Positions 23,174 through 34,889 are shown, numbered from the stretch's first letter. The stretch: 64,000 nt of DNA from a candidate division FCPU426 bacterium (GCA_963771075.1 CAVYSE010000007.1:64001-128000), one strand, 5' to 3'. Notes: generated by a model from the sequence alone, not told the origin. Translations and numbers: made by a program.

Positions 23174-25008
23174 ACCCCTTAACGTCCGATCCCGCCACGC
23201 TACCTGATCCGTTTGATTCTTCACTGCGAACATTAAAGAGAACGGCGGCGGCCTTTCCTGATTCCCCCGGGGTCTACCTCTTCCGGAATGCTCAGGGCAA
23301 AGTGATCTATGTGGGAAAGGCGCTATCGCTAAAAAAAAGAACCGCTTCCTATTTTAACGCCGCGGGTCAAGAAACCCCCAAAGTCAGGGCGTTGACGCGA
23401 CAATCCTCTTCGCTGGAATATGTGTTGACGGAGGATGAAAGCCAGGCTTTGCTCCTTGAAAGCAACCTCATCAAGAAGCATCGGCCACGCTACAACGTGG
23501 TATTGCGGGATGACAAAAGTTATCCCTATCTCAAACTGACCGTAAAAGAGAATTTTCCGAGGATACTCATTTCCCGGCGCACCTTGGGCGACGGGGCGCG
23601 TTATTACGGGCCCTTTCCCAATCTCAAGGTGCGGGAAATCGTGAAAATGATCCATCGGTTCTTCAACCTGCGCGACTGCGACATCGAAATCGACGGAAAT
23701 TCTGATAGGGCCTGTGTGAGTTATCAAATTCGGCAATGCCCGGCACCCTGTACGGGCCAAGCGACCAAGACGGATTATGGCAAATTGGTCAAGCGGGTCC
23801 AATGGTTCTTGGAGGGTAGGCATGAGGAATTAATCCAATACGTTCGTGAACAAATGCACGCAGAAGCCGGCCGCCAGGAATTCGAGGAAGCTGCCAAGTT
23901 GAGGGACCTGCTTGGATCGCTAGAAAAACTTCAAGTTGAAAGCGCGGTCATTACGGCCGAAAAGCGGGACTTGGATGTGGTAGCCCTCGCCCTGGGGTTG
24001 GGAAAGGTCTTGGCTTCGGTCTTGAGGGTCCGCCAGGGTAAGGTGGTGGACCATGCCCGGTTGACCCTGGATAACGAGATGGAACAAGAACTTCCGGATG
24101 TTTTGCCCCTTTTTCTCCAGCAACTTTACTCAGGCGGACTTTTTATACCCGAGGAAATTCTAATACCCCAGAATTTCCCGCTCTCCCTTGAAGTCACGAA
24201 GAAGTTGGGTGAATGGCGGGGCGGGAAGGTCATGCTGACCCTGCCGCAGGAGGAATGGCATCAAAAACTAATGGAAATGGCCGAAAGCAACGTTTTGTCC
24301 GTCTTGCGGGAGGATCTTCGCCAGTTGGAAGTCCTTAAGGAAATCCAGGGCCTTTTGGGTTTATCCCAACTTCCGCGCTTGATCGCATGTTTTGACATTT
24401 CAACGCTCCAAGGAGCCCACACGGTAGGTTCCGCGGTATTGTTCCGTGATGGCGTGCCTGATAAGGATCGATACCGAAAATTCAAAATAAGGGAACAGGA
24501 TGGGCAAGACGACTTTCGGGCCCATGAGGAAATGATGCGCAGATATATTCGTTTGGTGGGGCGGGAAGGGTTGCCTTTTCCGGATCTTTTTTTGATCGAT
24601 GGGGGAAAGGGGCAGATTAACGCGGTTTGGCCCGTTTTACTCAAGGAATTCGGAAAGGAATTCGGGTTAGCTTCCCTCGCCAAAAGGGAAGAAGAAGTGT
24701 TTGTCCCCGGGAAACCGGACCCTATCGATTTTAGGGGGCATTTAAAAGCCCGTTTTTTATTGCAAAAGATCCGGGATGAATCCCACCGGTTCGCTATAGG
24801 CTATCATCGCACATTGAGGGACAAGCAAACCTTGGACTCGCTTCTCCAAAAGGTTACCGGTATTGGGCCATCACGCTTTCGCGCGCTTTTCAATCGGTTT
24901 GAGACATTGGAGCAGATGAAAAAGGCCTCGCCCGAGGATTTGGCCTCCGTAGATGGGTTTTCAAACGAATTAGCGATTCGGCTTTTTGAAGCTTTACACG
25001 CAAAATAA
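23170..25008 (+). CDS. uvrC: Excinuclease ABC subunit C
   Basis: GIY-YIG (PGVYLF...IYVGKA), Cys cluster, FDIS / IDGGKGQ RNase H-like domain, HhH. Confidence 0.96.
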
Positions 25009-25154
25009 GAACCAAGTTATTGCCATGGATGATCGTTGTTTTTATGAATTTATGGCCAATTTTGAACTTTCCGGTATTTAAAGCCACTTCGTCAAAAATT
25101 TCACAAACCTCAAGCTAAGTGTTACAATTCAACCATATCTCAAAAATAGTCCTA

Positions 25155-25172
25155 TAGTCAATTTTGTGACTA
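25155..25172. promoter_or_regulatory. Palindromic candidate operator upstream of the sensor kinase
   Basis: TAGTCA-ATTTTG-TGACTA perfect 6-bp inverted repeat. Confidence 0.4.
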
Positions 25173-25194
25173 AGGCCTGGGAACCTCCTAATCC

Positions 25195-27081
25195 ATGAAA
25201 GCAAATAAACCCGTTTTTCGAGGGAGTGTTTTAGCCGAATGGGTGAGTCGGACCCTATTCGTAGGCATTGTCATATTGTTCGTCTATGGCGGTTTTGCCT
25301 ATTACGTTTCGAAAAAAACTTTTGATGACGAGATGGGAAACCGTTTATTAGTCATCGCACGGTTAACCGCTGGGCAGACGCCGACGGATTGGCTGCCTTA
25401 TTTGGAAGGTAAAGAAGACACCCTCTATCGGAAGCTTCAAGTTTTTTTGGATCAAAAAAAACATGAAAGTCAGGCGCGAAATATCTTTATTTTGGACGAG
25501 AGTGGACGCGTCCTTGTGGATGCCAATGGCCAGTATGAGTTTAAGGAAACGAATTGGTTGAAGGATTTGGATCCTGAACCCTTCAAGCGAGCGGTTCAGG
25601 GTGTACCCGCGGTTTCGATCCTATTCGCGGAAATGGACGGGGGCATCTATAAGATCGGATATAGCCCTCTATTGCTCAAAAATGGAAGGGTTGGTGCGGT
25701 TTTAGGGGTGGAAGCCAGTGCCGACTTCATGGATGGCTTAAACCAATTCGCTAAAATTTTATTATTATTCGGACTAGTCTGTCTTTTTTTGATGGGCGGG
25801 CTTCTTTTCGCTTTTGGCAGGCGTTTTATCGCCCCCATCGAGGAGATGGCGGCCTTTTCCATCAAGATTGCGGAAGGGGATTTCAGCCAGCGAGTCGGCT
25901 TTTCCGCTACGAACGAATTGGGCGCCTTGGCCCACGCTTTCAACGAGATGGCCAAGCGCATGCAAACGCACAATGAATATATCCTGGAAAGTATGTCGAA
26001 CGGCCTGCTGGTAGTGGACTGGAGGGGAACGGTGACAAGTTTCAACCGGGCGGCTTCGATGATCCTGGATATTCCTCAAGGAGAGGTCTTAGGCCTTCAC
26101 TACGCGGAGGCCTTTCGGCATTTTCCGGTGTTAAACCACGCGATTAAAACCCGTTTGACCCAAAGAGGGAGGCGGGAAGACACCGTGATTAATTTAAGCG
26201 AGGATGAGCCCAAGTTTCTTAACCTTCGAAGCGCTCCCCTTTTGGGGGCGGACGGGCAGGAATTAGGCATGGAAATCCTTTTCTCGGATGAGACGCAGCT
26301 TCGCAAACTTCAATCCCAAATCAAAGCTTCTGAAAAAATGGCGACTATTGGCGAATTAGCGGCGGGTATCGCGCATGAAATTAGGAACCCCTTGGGAGCC
26401 ATGAAAGGCTTCACCGAGATACTATCCAAAAAAATAAAAAACCAACCGGAGGCAAAAGAAATCGTTTCGGATATTGCCTCCGAAATAGAGATCCTGAATA
26501 AAATCGTCACTAATTTTTTGATTTTCGCGCGTCCCGCGACCTTGGAAACGCAGGATGCGGACGCGACGGAGGTGATCCAGGCCCTTCTCCCGTTGGTGCA
26601 ACAGGAAGCCTCCCAAAAAGGAGTGCAGGTGCTTTGGAAGGGAAAGAAGCCGATTTGGCTTTGCCTGGACGTGGAACAGTTTCGCCGGGCGGTATTGAAT
26701 TTGACGCTCAACGCGGTTCAAGCCTCACCCAAGGGTGGGCGGATCACACTAGGGATTGAGAGCTTTACACGTGCGGAATTGGTTCAACACATCCAAACCC
26801 AGGGTTACACCCAGTTGTTTCCCCCGGAGACGGAGCCCCATTGGTGCGGTTTTTGGGTGGAGGATGAAGGACAGGGCATCGCTCCCGAAAACATTTCCAA
26901 ATTATTCACGCCGTTTTTCACGACCAAAACCGAGGGGTTCGGCCTTGGCCTATCCATCACCCGGAAAATCGCAGAGGCCTTAGGCGGACAAGTGGCAGGA
27001 ATGAATCGGCCTGAAGGGGGAGCTCGGTTTCTCATGATCCTGCCGGCTCTTAAAACTAAATCGGAGGTAACTAACCTATGA
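25195..27081 (+). CDS. Sensor histidine kinase (TM, HAMP, PAS, HisKA, HATPase)
   Basis: AGIAHEIRNPL H-box, NAVQA N-box, DEGQGI, PFFTTK..G.GLGL. Confidence 0.93.
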   Translation: MKANKPVFRGSVLAEWVSRTLFVGIVILFVYGGFAYYVSKKTFDDEMGNRLLVIARLTAGQTPTDWLPYLEGKEDTLYRKLQVFLDQKKHESQARNIFILDESGRVLVDANGQYEFKETNWLKDLDPEPFKRAVQGVPAVSILFAEMDGGIYKIGYSPLLLKNGRVGAVLGVEASADFMDGLNQFAKILLLFGLVCLFLMGGLLFAFGRRFIAPIEEMAAFSIKIAEGDFSQRVGFSATNELGALAHAFNEMAKRMQTHNEYILESMSNGLLVVDWRGTVTSFNRAASMILDIPQGEVLGLHYAEAFRHFPVLNHAIKTRLTQRGRREDTVINLSEDEPKFLNLRSAPLLGADGQELGMEILFSDETQLRKLQSQIKASEKMATIGELAAGIAHEIRNPLGAMKGFTEILSKKIKNQPEAKEIVSDIASEIEILNKIVTNFLIFARPATLETQDADATEVIQALLPLVQQEASQKGVQVLWKGKKPIWLCLDVEQFRRAVLNLTLNAVQASPKGGRITLGIESFTRAELVQHIQTQGYTQLFPPETEPHWCGFWVEDEGQGIAPENISKLFTPFFTTKTEGFGLGLSITRKIAEALGGQVAGMNRPEGGARFLMILPALKTKSEVTNL

Positions 27082-28472
27082 GCACCATATTGCTCGTGGA
27101 CGATAAATCCAGCATGCGAAAGGTGTTGCACCAGACACTGGAAAATGATTCCCATCAGATTCTGGAAGCGGAGGATGGCGAAAAGGCGTTGGAAATCATT
27201 AAAACAAAACACGTGGATGTGATCATCACCGACATCAAGATGCCCCGCGTGGATGGAATGACATTGCTCCGCATGATCAAGGAACTGGACTCGGAAATTG
27301 TGGTCATCATCATGACGGCTTATGGGACGATTGAAACGGCGGTCGAGGCCATGAAACTTGGCGCCTATGATTACATCACCAAACCCTTTTCCACCGAACA
27401 GGTCAAATTGACAGTGGATAAAGCCGTGGAAAGACAGAAGCTGGTTTATGAAAATAAATATTTGAGGGAAAAACTCAACGACCAGTACAACTATAAGCGA
27501 ATTGTTGGAAACAGCCCCTCCATGCAGCCGGTGTATGAGCTTATCGACAAGGTGGCGCCGACGGACACGGCGGTCCTAATCCGGGGTGATTCGGGAACGG
27601 GGAAGGAACTGGTTGCCCATGCCATTCACTTCAACAGTCGCCGGAAGGACCGGCCCTTTATCAAGGTGAATTGCGCGGTCTTGGCCGAAGGGGTCTTGGA
27701 GAGCGAGCTTTTTGGCCATGAGCGCGGTTCATTTACGGGCGCGGCTGGAAAAAGGATCGGACGTTTTGAGTTGGCGAGCGGCGGCTCCATATTTCTGGAT
27801 GAAATCGGGGACATTAGCCTTTCCACCCAGGTCAAGCTTTTAAGGGTACTTCAAGAAAAGGAATTTGAGCGGGTGGGTGGAACGGAAAATATTCATGCGG
27901 ATGTTCGGGTCATTGCCGCGACGAACAAGAACCTGGAGGAAGGCATCAAGAAGGGCCAGTTTCGGGAAGACCTGTTTTTCAGGCTGAATGTCGTTCCGAT
28001 TGTCGTGCCTCCTTTGCGGGAACGAAGGGAGGATATCGAGCGTCTTGCCCAGCATTTCCTGAATCGTTATGGGTTGGAAGCCAATAAAAAAATCAACAAG
28101 ATCGATAAAAAAGCCTTGGACTTATTGATACGCTACAACTGGCCCGGAAATGTCAGGGAACTGGAAAACGCGATTCAAAGGGCGGTTGTCCTATCCGATG
28201 CGGACACCATATATCCATCCAACCTTCCGCTGGATATCCAGTCCTTTCAGAAGGACGAGGCGATGCTTTATTTGGGCGACAACGCCAGTCTCACCGCGAA
28301 AGTTGAGAATTACGAAAAGGAACTTATCCTGAAATCCATGGAAAAGGCAAATCACGTGCAAACCAAAGCCGCGAAATTATTGGATATTAATCGGACCGCT
28401 CTTATCTATAAATTAAAAAAATATGGTCTTTTATCGGACAATGTCGACGATGGAGATGAAGAATCAAAATGA
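27078..28472 (+). CDS. Sigma54-dependent NtrC-family response regulator
   Basis: REC domain, GDSGTGKE, ESELFGHERGSFTGA (GAFTGA variant), WPGNVRELEN, Fis-type HTH. Confidence 0.95.
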   Translation: MSTILLVDDKSSMRKVLHQTLENDSHQILEAEDGEKALEIIKTKHVDVIITDIKMPRVDGMTLLRMIKELDSEIVVIIMTAYGTIETAVEAMKLGAYDYITKPFSTEQVKLTVDKAVERQKLVYENKYLREKLNDQYNYKRIVGNSPSMQPVYELIDKVAPTDTAVLIRGDSGTGKELVAHAIHFNSRRKDRPFIKVNCAVLAEGVLESELFGHERGSFTGAAGKRIGRFELASGGSIFLDEIGDISLSTQVKLLRVLQEKEFERVGGTENIHADVRVIAATNKNLEEGIKKGQFREDLFFRLNVVPIVVPPLRERREDIERLAQHFLNRYGLEANKKINKIDKKALDLLIRYNWPGNVRELENAIQRAVVLSDADTIYPSNLPLDIQSFQKDEAMLYLGDNASLTAKVENYEKELILKSMEKANHVQTKAAKLLDINRTALIYKLKKYGLLSDNVDDGDEESK

Positions 28473-29515
28473 ATTGGATGGTTTGTACCCTGGGAATCCT
28501 GGCTTTCTGGGCCGGGGATCCCCTTAGGGGCCTATCCCAGGACCTGCCGACACCCGGGGGATCACCCGCCGCGATGACGCCAACCCCGAAAGTTTCTTCT
28601 TCAAACACCGGGTTCGAAACTCAAAGCCGGGAAAGTACGACATTGTTTGCGGATCCAGGAGCCTATGGCCCGGTCATGGATCGATTTGAAAGTGAAACCC
28701 GGGCGCAAGTGGAAAAATTAAACTCGATTAAATTAATCCAGGAAAAAATGCAAGTCCAGATACAAATCCTGGAATCCAAGGCCCAAACTCTCCGTGATCG
28801 AAATCGATCCTCCCTCAACGTTTTCGAGGATGCCAAGCTCAAGGGCACTCTAGGCGAACTTCAGCAGAAGCTGGCTGAAAATTCCAGGCTGGAAAAACAA
28901 TATCAAGTATACCGGAACGATTTTGAGCAAAAGGCCCTTTCCTTGATCGCTTTTTATAATGACTGGATCGAGGCAAACCTGACTCCTCCCAAAAATCCAT
29001 CGCCTTCCGCCTTGGATGAACGATTGATGGGTCTTATTCGGGTTGTCAAGAAACGAACTATATTGCAGGACCTGCTTCGCCATTATGGGACTCCGGAAGA
29101 AAAAGAACCGAAGTACAAGACCACTGATTTTAAGGGGTTGGATCCCAGCGACGAGGAAGGAAAACGTATGGCCATGGATCTTTTGCGTGACCGTAAAAAA
29201 AATATTAGCGACAGACTGGATCGCCTTTCCTTGGAGGAAGATGAGATTAAGAATGAGATAAAACTTCAGGGTAAATTGCAGGATTTTATGGAGGACATCC
29301 AGCGAATGAACGAAGATTCTTCATTTCCAAGGGGAAGTTTACGCCGAAATGATATTCAAGGTTATTTCGGAGACAAATCCAGGAACGTCCTTGGGGAACG
29401 GTTGTCACAATTGGAGAAGGAAATAGGAATTGATCAACAAATCCTGGCCCAAATGAACGCCTCCATTGCCCGGTTAGAATCAGGGGCGGGAGAAAAAAGA
29501 GGAGATCGCCCATGA
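28469..29515 (+). CDS. Secreted coiled-coil hypothetical protein
   Basis: Signal-like N-terminus, heptad-rich, ATGA-coupled to both neighbours. Confidence 0.65.
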   Translation: MNWMVCTLGILAFWAGDPLRGLSQDLPTPGGSPAAMTPTPKVSSSNTGFETQSRESTTLFADPGAYGPVMDRFESETRAQVEKLNSIKLIQEKMQVQIQILESKAQTLRDRNRSSLNVFEDAKLKGTLGELQQKLAENSRLEKQYQVYRNDFEQKALSLIAFYNDWIEANLTPPKNPSPSALDERLMGLIRVVKKRTILQDLLRHYGTPEEKEPKYKTTDFKGLDPSDEEGKRMAMDLLRDRKKNISDRLDRLSLEEDEIKNEIKLQGKLQDFMEDIQRMNEDSSFPRGSLRRNDIQGYFGDKSRNVLGERLSQLEKEIGIDQQILAQMNASIARLESGAGEKRGDRP

Positions 29516-30618
29516 GGTTAAGACCGGTGACCCTTTTGCCCATCCTTTGGGGGCTTTTCTTATTGTCCATCCCCTTGCATGGACAGGAGGGTAACGAAAA
29601 TGGAATAAAAATCCTGGGAAACTTTTCGCCTTTACAGGCGGGGCTACGGTTGGATGACAACGTTTTTAGGTCAACCATGGATTCGGGGGTGGTATCGGAT
29701 CTTATTACTTCCGTTGATTTCGGTTACACCTTGAGTTCCGTGTTGGAGAATTGGCGAGCGGAATTGCGTTATGAAGGGGGAGGGGATAGCTATACAACAT
29801 ACGATATTCTCGACAATTTCCGAAATGATGGGGTCATATCCATCGATTGCATTCAAGGAGCTTTTCAGTTTTATTTTGAGAAGGAATTGTACTTAACCAC
29901 CAGCCATTACGACGATTTTAATTATATTGAAGATGGACTTCTGCTGGGTGTCCAGTGGAACCCCGCCAATCCGATAAATTTAGAACTAAAATATAAGAAC
30001 CTTTCAAGGGAATATGGGAATCAGGCACAAGATGTTTGGTCACAGAATTTTCTCGATAATTCCTTGGCCATCGATGCGCATTTGGAAATGGACAATCGAT
30101 TGACGCTCGGGGCAGAAGGGACCTATGCGAATCGGCAATACAATCGGTACGCCCTAGTGCAAGCTGACTCCGATCCAGCTAGTTATGTACAAACCGGTTA
30201 CCTCCAAACCGACCAAAACTATGGAATCCTTTTATCAGCACAAGTTTATATTGAATCGATACTGCAAAACCTTACGATCCAGCATCAAAGGACGGATTCC
30301 AATTGTTACGGATTTTCGAATACGGTGGATAGCTTTTCGTGGGCCGCGGTTGTTCGACCGGTGAAAAATTTCTACCTACAACTCTTTGTTCGCTTATTCG
30401 CGAAAACTTACGATCAAGCGCCTTTAATTGACCCTTTTTTGCAAGTCGGGTTCACGGATGAGGATAGCCAAGATCTGTTGTCGGCTAAGGTGACGTGGGA
30501 AATCGCTCCCGGTTGGTCAAGTGGGTTTACCTATAGCCGAATGAAAAATGAGTCCACTCAGCCGGGGGAGTATTACATAAAAAATGTTGAAGCTTTTCAA
30601 ATTGAACGAAAATTCTAG
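29512..30618 (+). CDS. Putative outer-membrane beta-barrel protein
   Basis: Signal peptide, DDNVF motif, alternating aromatic strands, terminal Phe. Confidence 0.65.
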   Translation: MRLRPVTLLPILWGLFLLSIPLHGQEGNENGIKILGNFSPLQAGLRLDDNVFRSTMDSGVVSDLITSVDFGYTLSSVLENWRAELRYEGGGDSYTTYDILDNFRNDGVISIDCIQGAFQFYFEKELYLTTSHYDDFNYIEDGLLLGVQWNPANPINLELKYKNLSREYGNQAQDVWSQNFLDNSLAIDAHLEMDNRLTLGAEGTYANRQYNRYALVQADSDPASYVQTGYLQTDQNYGILLSAQVYIESILQNLTIQHQRTDSNCYGFSNTVDSFSWAAVVRPVKNFYLQLFVRLFAKTYDQAPLIDPFLQVGFTDEDSQDLLSAKVTWEIAPGWSSGFTYSRMKNESTQPGEYYIKNVEAFQIERKF

Positions 30619-30797
30619 CGTGAACGCTCGGAATTGCCTATTTCACCCTAAAGGCGCTACGAATTGACTTCGCTCAGAGCCAATCGATATGATGATAAGG
30701 TTTTTCAGCTTGTTCATGTTTAGGAATAGCCATTGAATCGGTTTTATTCAAGAGACAGGTTAAAAGTTAACCAATCCCGTACAAAACGGCCAAAAAA

Positions 30798-31802
30798 ATG
30801 AAAAAAAGGGATGACGAATTAAAGATTGATATATCCGAAATTTTCGGAGGCGATGTTACGCCCTTACAGCCGAAAACGGAAGAGCCGTCCTCGCTTGAAC
30901 CGGGTGCGCCTCCCTCCGAATCGGAACTTAACTACCAAGCTTTTATCGAAGAAAGAAATAAATTGTTGGAAGTGAAAACGGCCGAAATTGAGTCTTCCTT
31001 GCCGGTCCCCCTGCCCCCCGTTGAAGTGGTCTCGCAAAGCGATGGTCCCCCGCCATTGGCGGAACCTTCTGCTCCTCCAGAAATTGTTTCGGAGCCGGTC
31101 TCAACCCCAACGGACCCGGAAATTGATTTTAACGCCCCCATGGCTCCTCCTTTTACCGGCCCGGATAAACCGAATACCGCTTCGCCTATCATTGAGGGAC
31201 CCGTCGCGGATTCCATCGCACAAGATGCGAAAGCCCTCAAGGCGGAGGCCGCTCTAGCGGAAGCGGAAATGGCAGCCGCGGCCGAAGCCGAAGCTGCGCG
31301 GGTGGAAGCCGCCCGGCTCGCCGCTGAAAATGCAGAGGCGGCCCGTAAATTAACACTTCAAAAAGAACAATCTTTTTTTCTGCTTTTTGACGAATACCGG
31401 GCGATTATTGACCACGAATTGAAAGATTTGGTCGGAGAGCGTAAAACTCGTAACATGTTGGCTAAGACTTTCGAGATCGCCCGGGAAAAATATATGGATG
31501 TATTTCGAAACGCGAATTGGGATCCCTCGGGAAATCTTTTGGAGGATGGTTCGTTAGATGGAAATCGAATGGCGGAAAACGCTATTTCCTTGGAGGAATC
31601 CCATCGCGAGATTACCGTGGACATGGCATTGGTTTATTTGATGAACCTTCGTTTTCAGGCGATTGAGAAAGGCCTGGGTGCGGGTTTTAAGAACAAGTTA
31701 AGGGCTCGACTTCTCCAATGGGTTGTCGATAAGGCCGAGGGTGCAAATCGGGATGGCAAGGATTCCGCTCCTTTTCAACGTCTGAAACATTATTTGTCCT
31801 AA
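30798..31802 (+). CDS. Hypothetical protein (Pro/Glu-rich disordered N-terminus, Ala/Glu helix, globular C-terminus)
   Basis: 334-aa ORF fills the gap; function not recognised. Confidence 0.65.
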   Translation: MKKRDDELKIDISEIFGGDVTPLQPKTEEPSSLEPGAPPSESELNYQAFIEERNKLLEVKTAEIESSLPVPLPPVEVVSQSDGPPPLAEPSAPPEIVSEPVSTPTDPEIDFNAPMAPPFTGPDKPNTASPIIEGPVADSIAQDAKALKAEAALAEAEMAAAAEAEAARVEAARLAAENAEAARKLTLQKEQSFFLLFDEYRAIIDHELKDLVGERKTRNMLAKTFEIAREKYMDVFRNANWDPSGNLLEDGSLDGNRMAENAISLEESHREITVDMALVYLMNLRFQAIEKGLGAGFKNKLRARLLQWVVDKAEGANRDGKDSAPFQRLKHYLS

Positions 31803-31896
31803 AATTACGCCATAAGATGTTTAATTCATAAATGCAGTAATTTGTTTATGCCTGTGGTTCATGTCGAAATTCTTGTAAAACAAATAAAGGGTTAAA

Positions 31897-32595
31897 ATGA
31901 CTGCCAAAATTCGGCCAATTAAATTTCTCAGATCCTTTACCCGTTTCGCGGAGGGGTCGGTGTTGGTTTGTATGGGAAACACGAAAGTGCTTTGTACGGC
32001 CTCCATATCAGAAGAAGTTCCTGGATTTTTGAAGGGAAAAGGGAAGGGCTGGGTCACAAGTGAATATTCGATGCTTCCGCGAAGCACATCCGAAAGAACT
32101 CCACGGGATTCGGTAAAAGGCAAAATCAACGGGAGAACGCACGAAATTCAGCGCCTAATTGGGCGTTCCTTGAGGGCCGTCGTGGATTTGGAAACCTTGG
32201 GTGAAAGGCAGGTTGTCCTGGATTGCGATGTGCTTCAAGCGGATGGGGGAACACGAACAGCTTCGATCAACGGAGCCTATGTGGCTTTAAACGACGCACT
32301 CCGAGCACTTCAAAAGCAAGGGAAGGTGAAAAGAAATCCTTTGAAAGAGGCGGTGGCTGCGGTGAGTGTGGGCATTGTACGAGGAAAACCCTGTTTGGAT
32401 CTTTGCTATGAGCAGGATTCAAACGCGGCAGTAGATATGAACGTGGTGATGACCGCATCTGGTAAGTTTGTGGAGGTACAAGGTACGGCAGAGAAAGAAC
32501 CTTTTTCACATGATCAGTTAAAACAACTTTTGAATTTGTCGAAAAAAGGAATCGGTCAAGTGTTAGCGGCTCAAAACAAGGCATTGCGAGGATGA
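31897..32595 (+). CDS. rph: Ribonuclease PH
   Basis: [38 protein letters not shown]. Confidence 0.97.
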   Translation: MTAKIRPIKFLRSFTRFAEGSVLVCMGNTKVLCTASISEEVPGFLKGKGKGWVTSEYSMLPRSTSERTPRDSVKGKINGRTHEIQRLIGRSLRAVVDLETLGERQVVLDCDVLQADGGTRTASINGAYVALNDALRALQKQGKVKRNPLKEAVAAVSVGIVRGKPCLDLCYEQDSNAAVDMNVVMTASGKFVEVQGTAEKEPFSHDQLKQLLNLSKKGIGQVLAAQNKALRG

Positions 32596-33179
32596 AAAGG
32601 TTAGTTCTAGCCACTCAAAACCGGAACAAATTCAAGGAAATGGCTGATGCGCTCCGATTAACCGGATGGGAAATATTCCCCGCTTGGGAGTTTCCCGGAG
32701 CCCCCGAAGTGGAAGAAGATGGCGAAACGCTTGAAGCTAATTCCTTGAAAAAGGCTAGAGCTTTATGTACTTTTACCGGACTTACCGCTCTTTCAGATGA
32801 TACGGGCCTTTTTGTGAAAGCGCTGGATGGGCGACCGGGAATCTATGCGGCTCGTTACGCGGGAGAAGGGTGTACCTATGAGGACAATGTTCGGAAAATG
32901 CTTGCGGAAATGGCGAAAGTACCATGGGATCAAAGACAAGCCTCTTTCCGAACCGCGATAACCCTCTTTTACCCAGACCGGCCTTTTGTTCAAGTTTGGG
33001 GTGAGGTGACGGGTTTCATTACCTTGGCGCCAAGGGGTGATAAGGGTTTTGGATATGACCCCATTTTCCAACCGGATGGCCTTGACAGGGTCTTTGCCGA
33101 AATGACATTGGAAGCGAAGAACCAAATGAGTCATCGGGGCAAGGCTTTGCAAGCAGCCCGGAAAATATTGAATTCCTAG
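32592..33179 (+). CDS. rdgB: Non-canonical purine NTP pyrophosphatase (RdgB/HAM1)
   Basis: [28 protein letters not shown]; follows rph. Confidence 0.95.
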   Translation: MKRLVLATQNRNKFKEMADALRLTGWEIFPAWEFPGAPEVEEDGETLEANSLKKARALCTFTGLTALSDDTGLFVKALDGRPGIYAARYAGEGCTYEDNVRKMLAEMAKVPWDQRQASFRTAITLFYPDRPFVQVWGEVTGFITLAPRGDKGFGYDPIFQPDGLDRVFAEMTLEAKNQMSHRGKALQAARKILNS

Positions 33180-33264
33180 AAAAGCCACTCTCCTGTAAAA
33201 TCGACCAGCAAAAATGTTGTACACTTGCATCGGGATTAAAGGGCGTCCATTTGAGTAGTTTGGC

Positions 33265-33339
33265 CGGGGCGTAGCGCAGCGGTAGCGCACTTGGTTTGGG
33301 ACCAAGGGGCCGTGAGTTCGAATCTCACCGCCCCGACCA
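33265..33339 (+). tRNA. tRNA-Pro(TGG)
   Basis: Cloverleaf, anticodon arm CTTGG-TTTGGGA-CCAAG, GTTCGAAT, CCA end. Confidence 0.95.
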
Positions 33340-33430
33340 AAAAATTCAATAGCTTATATGCAGGGAATATTACCACCTTGGTTTTTTTGAATTTCAGTGT
33401 TTGATAGCCTTTAAACCACTCATTCCATTT

Positions 33431-33507
<77 letters not shown>

Positions 33508-33522
33508 TATTTTTCAACGGTT

Positions 33523-34638
33523 TTACAACTTCACTTCTTGGCCGGCACCCGTCCGTGTCATATCCGTGTCAAACTGCCTCTCAACCTGTAGTAGTGCGTT
33601 CACCCGGTCCTTCCGGTCGATCCGGTTATACCGTTTGAACATGGCGTAGGTCTTATGGCCCGATATGGACATGATGACCGAGTCGCTTACCCCCGCCTTT
33701 CTTAGATTCGTCACCGCGCAATGCCTGAGATCGTGGAACTTAAAATTTCCGATCCCCACCATGCGGCACGCCCTCAAAAAGGCGGACTTGACGCTTTGCA
33801 TGCGCTTTCCCCTATGGGTGAAGACATAAGGGCTTCCAAGGGTCTTAGGGGTCCGTTTCAGGAGGTCTAACAAGCTCTCCGTCAAAGGGACTTCCCGTTT
33901 CTCCTGGGTCTTGGTGTCCGCGGCTTCCAGATTGATGACTTTGTTTTGAAAGTCCACCTGTTCCCACCGCAAACTCAAAATTTCCCCCTTCCTCATACCC
34001 GTCCAATAAGCCAATTGGACTATGGCACTCAGTCGGGGCGCGCAATAACCCAAGAGCGCCTCGTATTCTTCCGGCGTCAAGGTGCGGTCGCGGGATTCTT
34101 CCCGGAAGGGCCGTACCCTTTGGATCGGGTTTTTCTCAATCAAATCATTGAGGACCGCCCGATTCACGATAGCCTTGAGAGTCCCAAGGTCCCGGTTCAG
34201 TGTAGCGTTGGATAACGCCTTTCCGTTACGGCCTTGATTTAAGGCTTGGTTTCCGGCCTTCTTCCGTTGGGTTAAAAAGCCTTCCACAATGTCCGGCGTT
34301 AAGCTTCTCAAGGGTCTGTCACCGAAATAAGCCCTGAGCCGCTCGACCATCTGGATATCGTTCTGGTGGCTTTTCCTTCTTGCCTCGGAATAAGCCAGGA
34401 ACGAATCCGCCGCTTCGTTGAAGGTGACTTCCGGCTTTTCCACGGCCAAGAACTTTCCCGCCACCATTTCTTGCATGTGTTGGGCCAGTATCTTTTTGGC
34501 TTGGGCAACCGGTATTACACCCAATCGAACCCGCTTGCGCTTCTTCAATCCTCCCTCATCGATAAAGTAATCCAGGAAATACCCCTTTTCGTCCTTACGG
34601 AGAAATTGGGGCAATCCATGAACATTAGGTCTACTCAT
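33523..34638 (-). CDS. Tyrosine recombinase / integrase (element 1)
   Basis: TGMRKGE (R), TKT (K), FHDLRH (HxxR), SGHKT (H), RYN (Y); AGGAGG RBS. Confidence 0.96.
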   Translation of the reverse strand: MSRPNVHGLPQFLRKDEKGYFLDYFIDEGGLKKRKRVRLGVIPVAQAKKILAQHMQEMVAGKFLAVEKPEVTFNEAADSFLAYSEARRKSHQNDIQMVERLRAYFGDRPLRSLTPDIVEGFLTQRKKAGNQALNQGRNGKALSNATLNRDLGTLKAIVNRAVLNDLIEKNPIQRVRPFREESRDRTLTPEEYEALLGYCAPRLSAIVQLAYWTGMRKGEILSLRWEQVDFQNKVINLEAADTKTQEKREVPLTESLLDLLKRTPKTLGSPYVFTHRGKRMQSVKSAFLRACRMVGIGNFKFHDLRHCAVTNLRKAGVSDSVIMSISGHKTYAMFKRYNRIDRKDRVNALLQVERQFDTDMTRTGAGQEVKL

Positions 34639-34889
34639 GCGTCCCTCCTAATGTCCCCAGCACTTGGCATTTTATAATCAGAGTCCGCCCAAGATGGAAG
34701 GGGTTTTTTAAAAACTTGAAGAAACACCGAATACCAAACCCTCGGATACTTACCAACCTTCACAAAGGGAAGGGCACCGGTCTGCCGCCAATAGCGGACG
34801 GTATTGGGGGAAACACCGGCTTTTTCGGCAATGTCTTTGTCCGACATTAAAAAATTCCGCCGTTCGACATTTTTCCTACGATCTACCAT
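34635..34889 (-). CDS. Excisionase-like HTH protein (MerR/HTH_17 type)
   Basis: MSDKDIAEKAGVSPNTVRYWRQTGALPFVKVG pattern; overlaps the int start; GGAGG RBS. Confidence 0.82.
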   Translation of the reverse strand: MVDRRKNVERRNFLMSDKDIAEKAGVSPNTVRYWRQTGALPFVKVGKYPRVWYSVFLQVFKKPLPSWADSDYKMPSAGDIRRDA

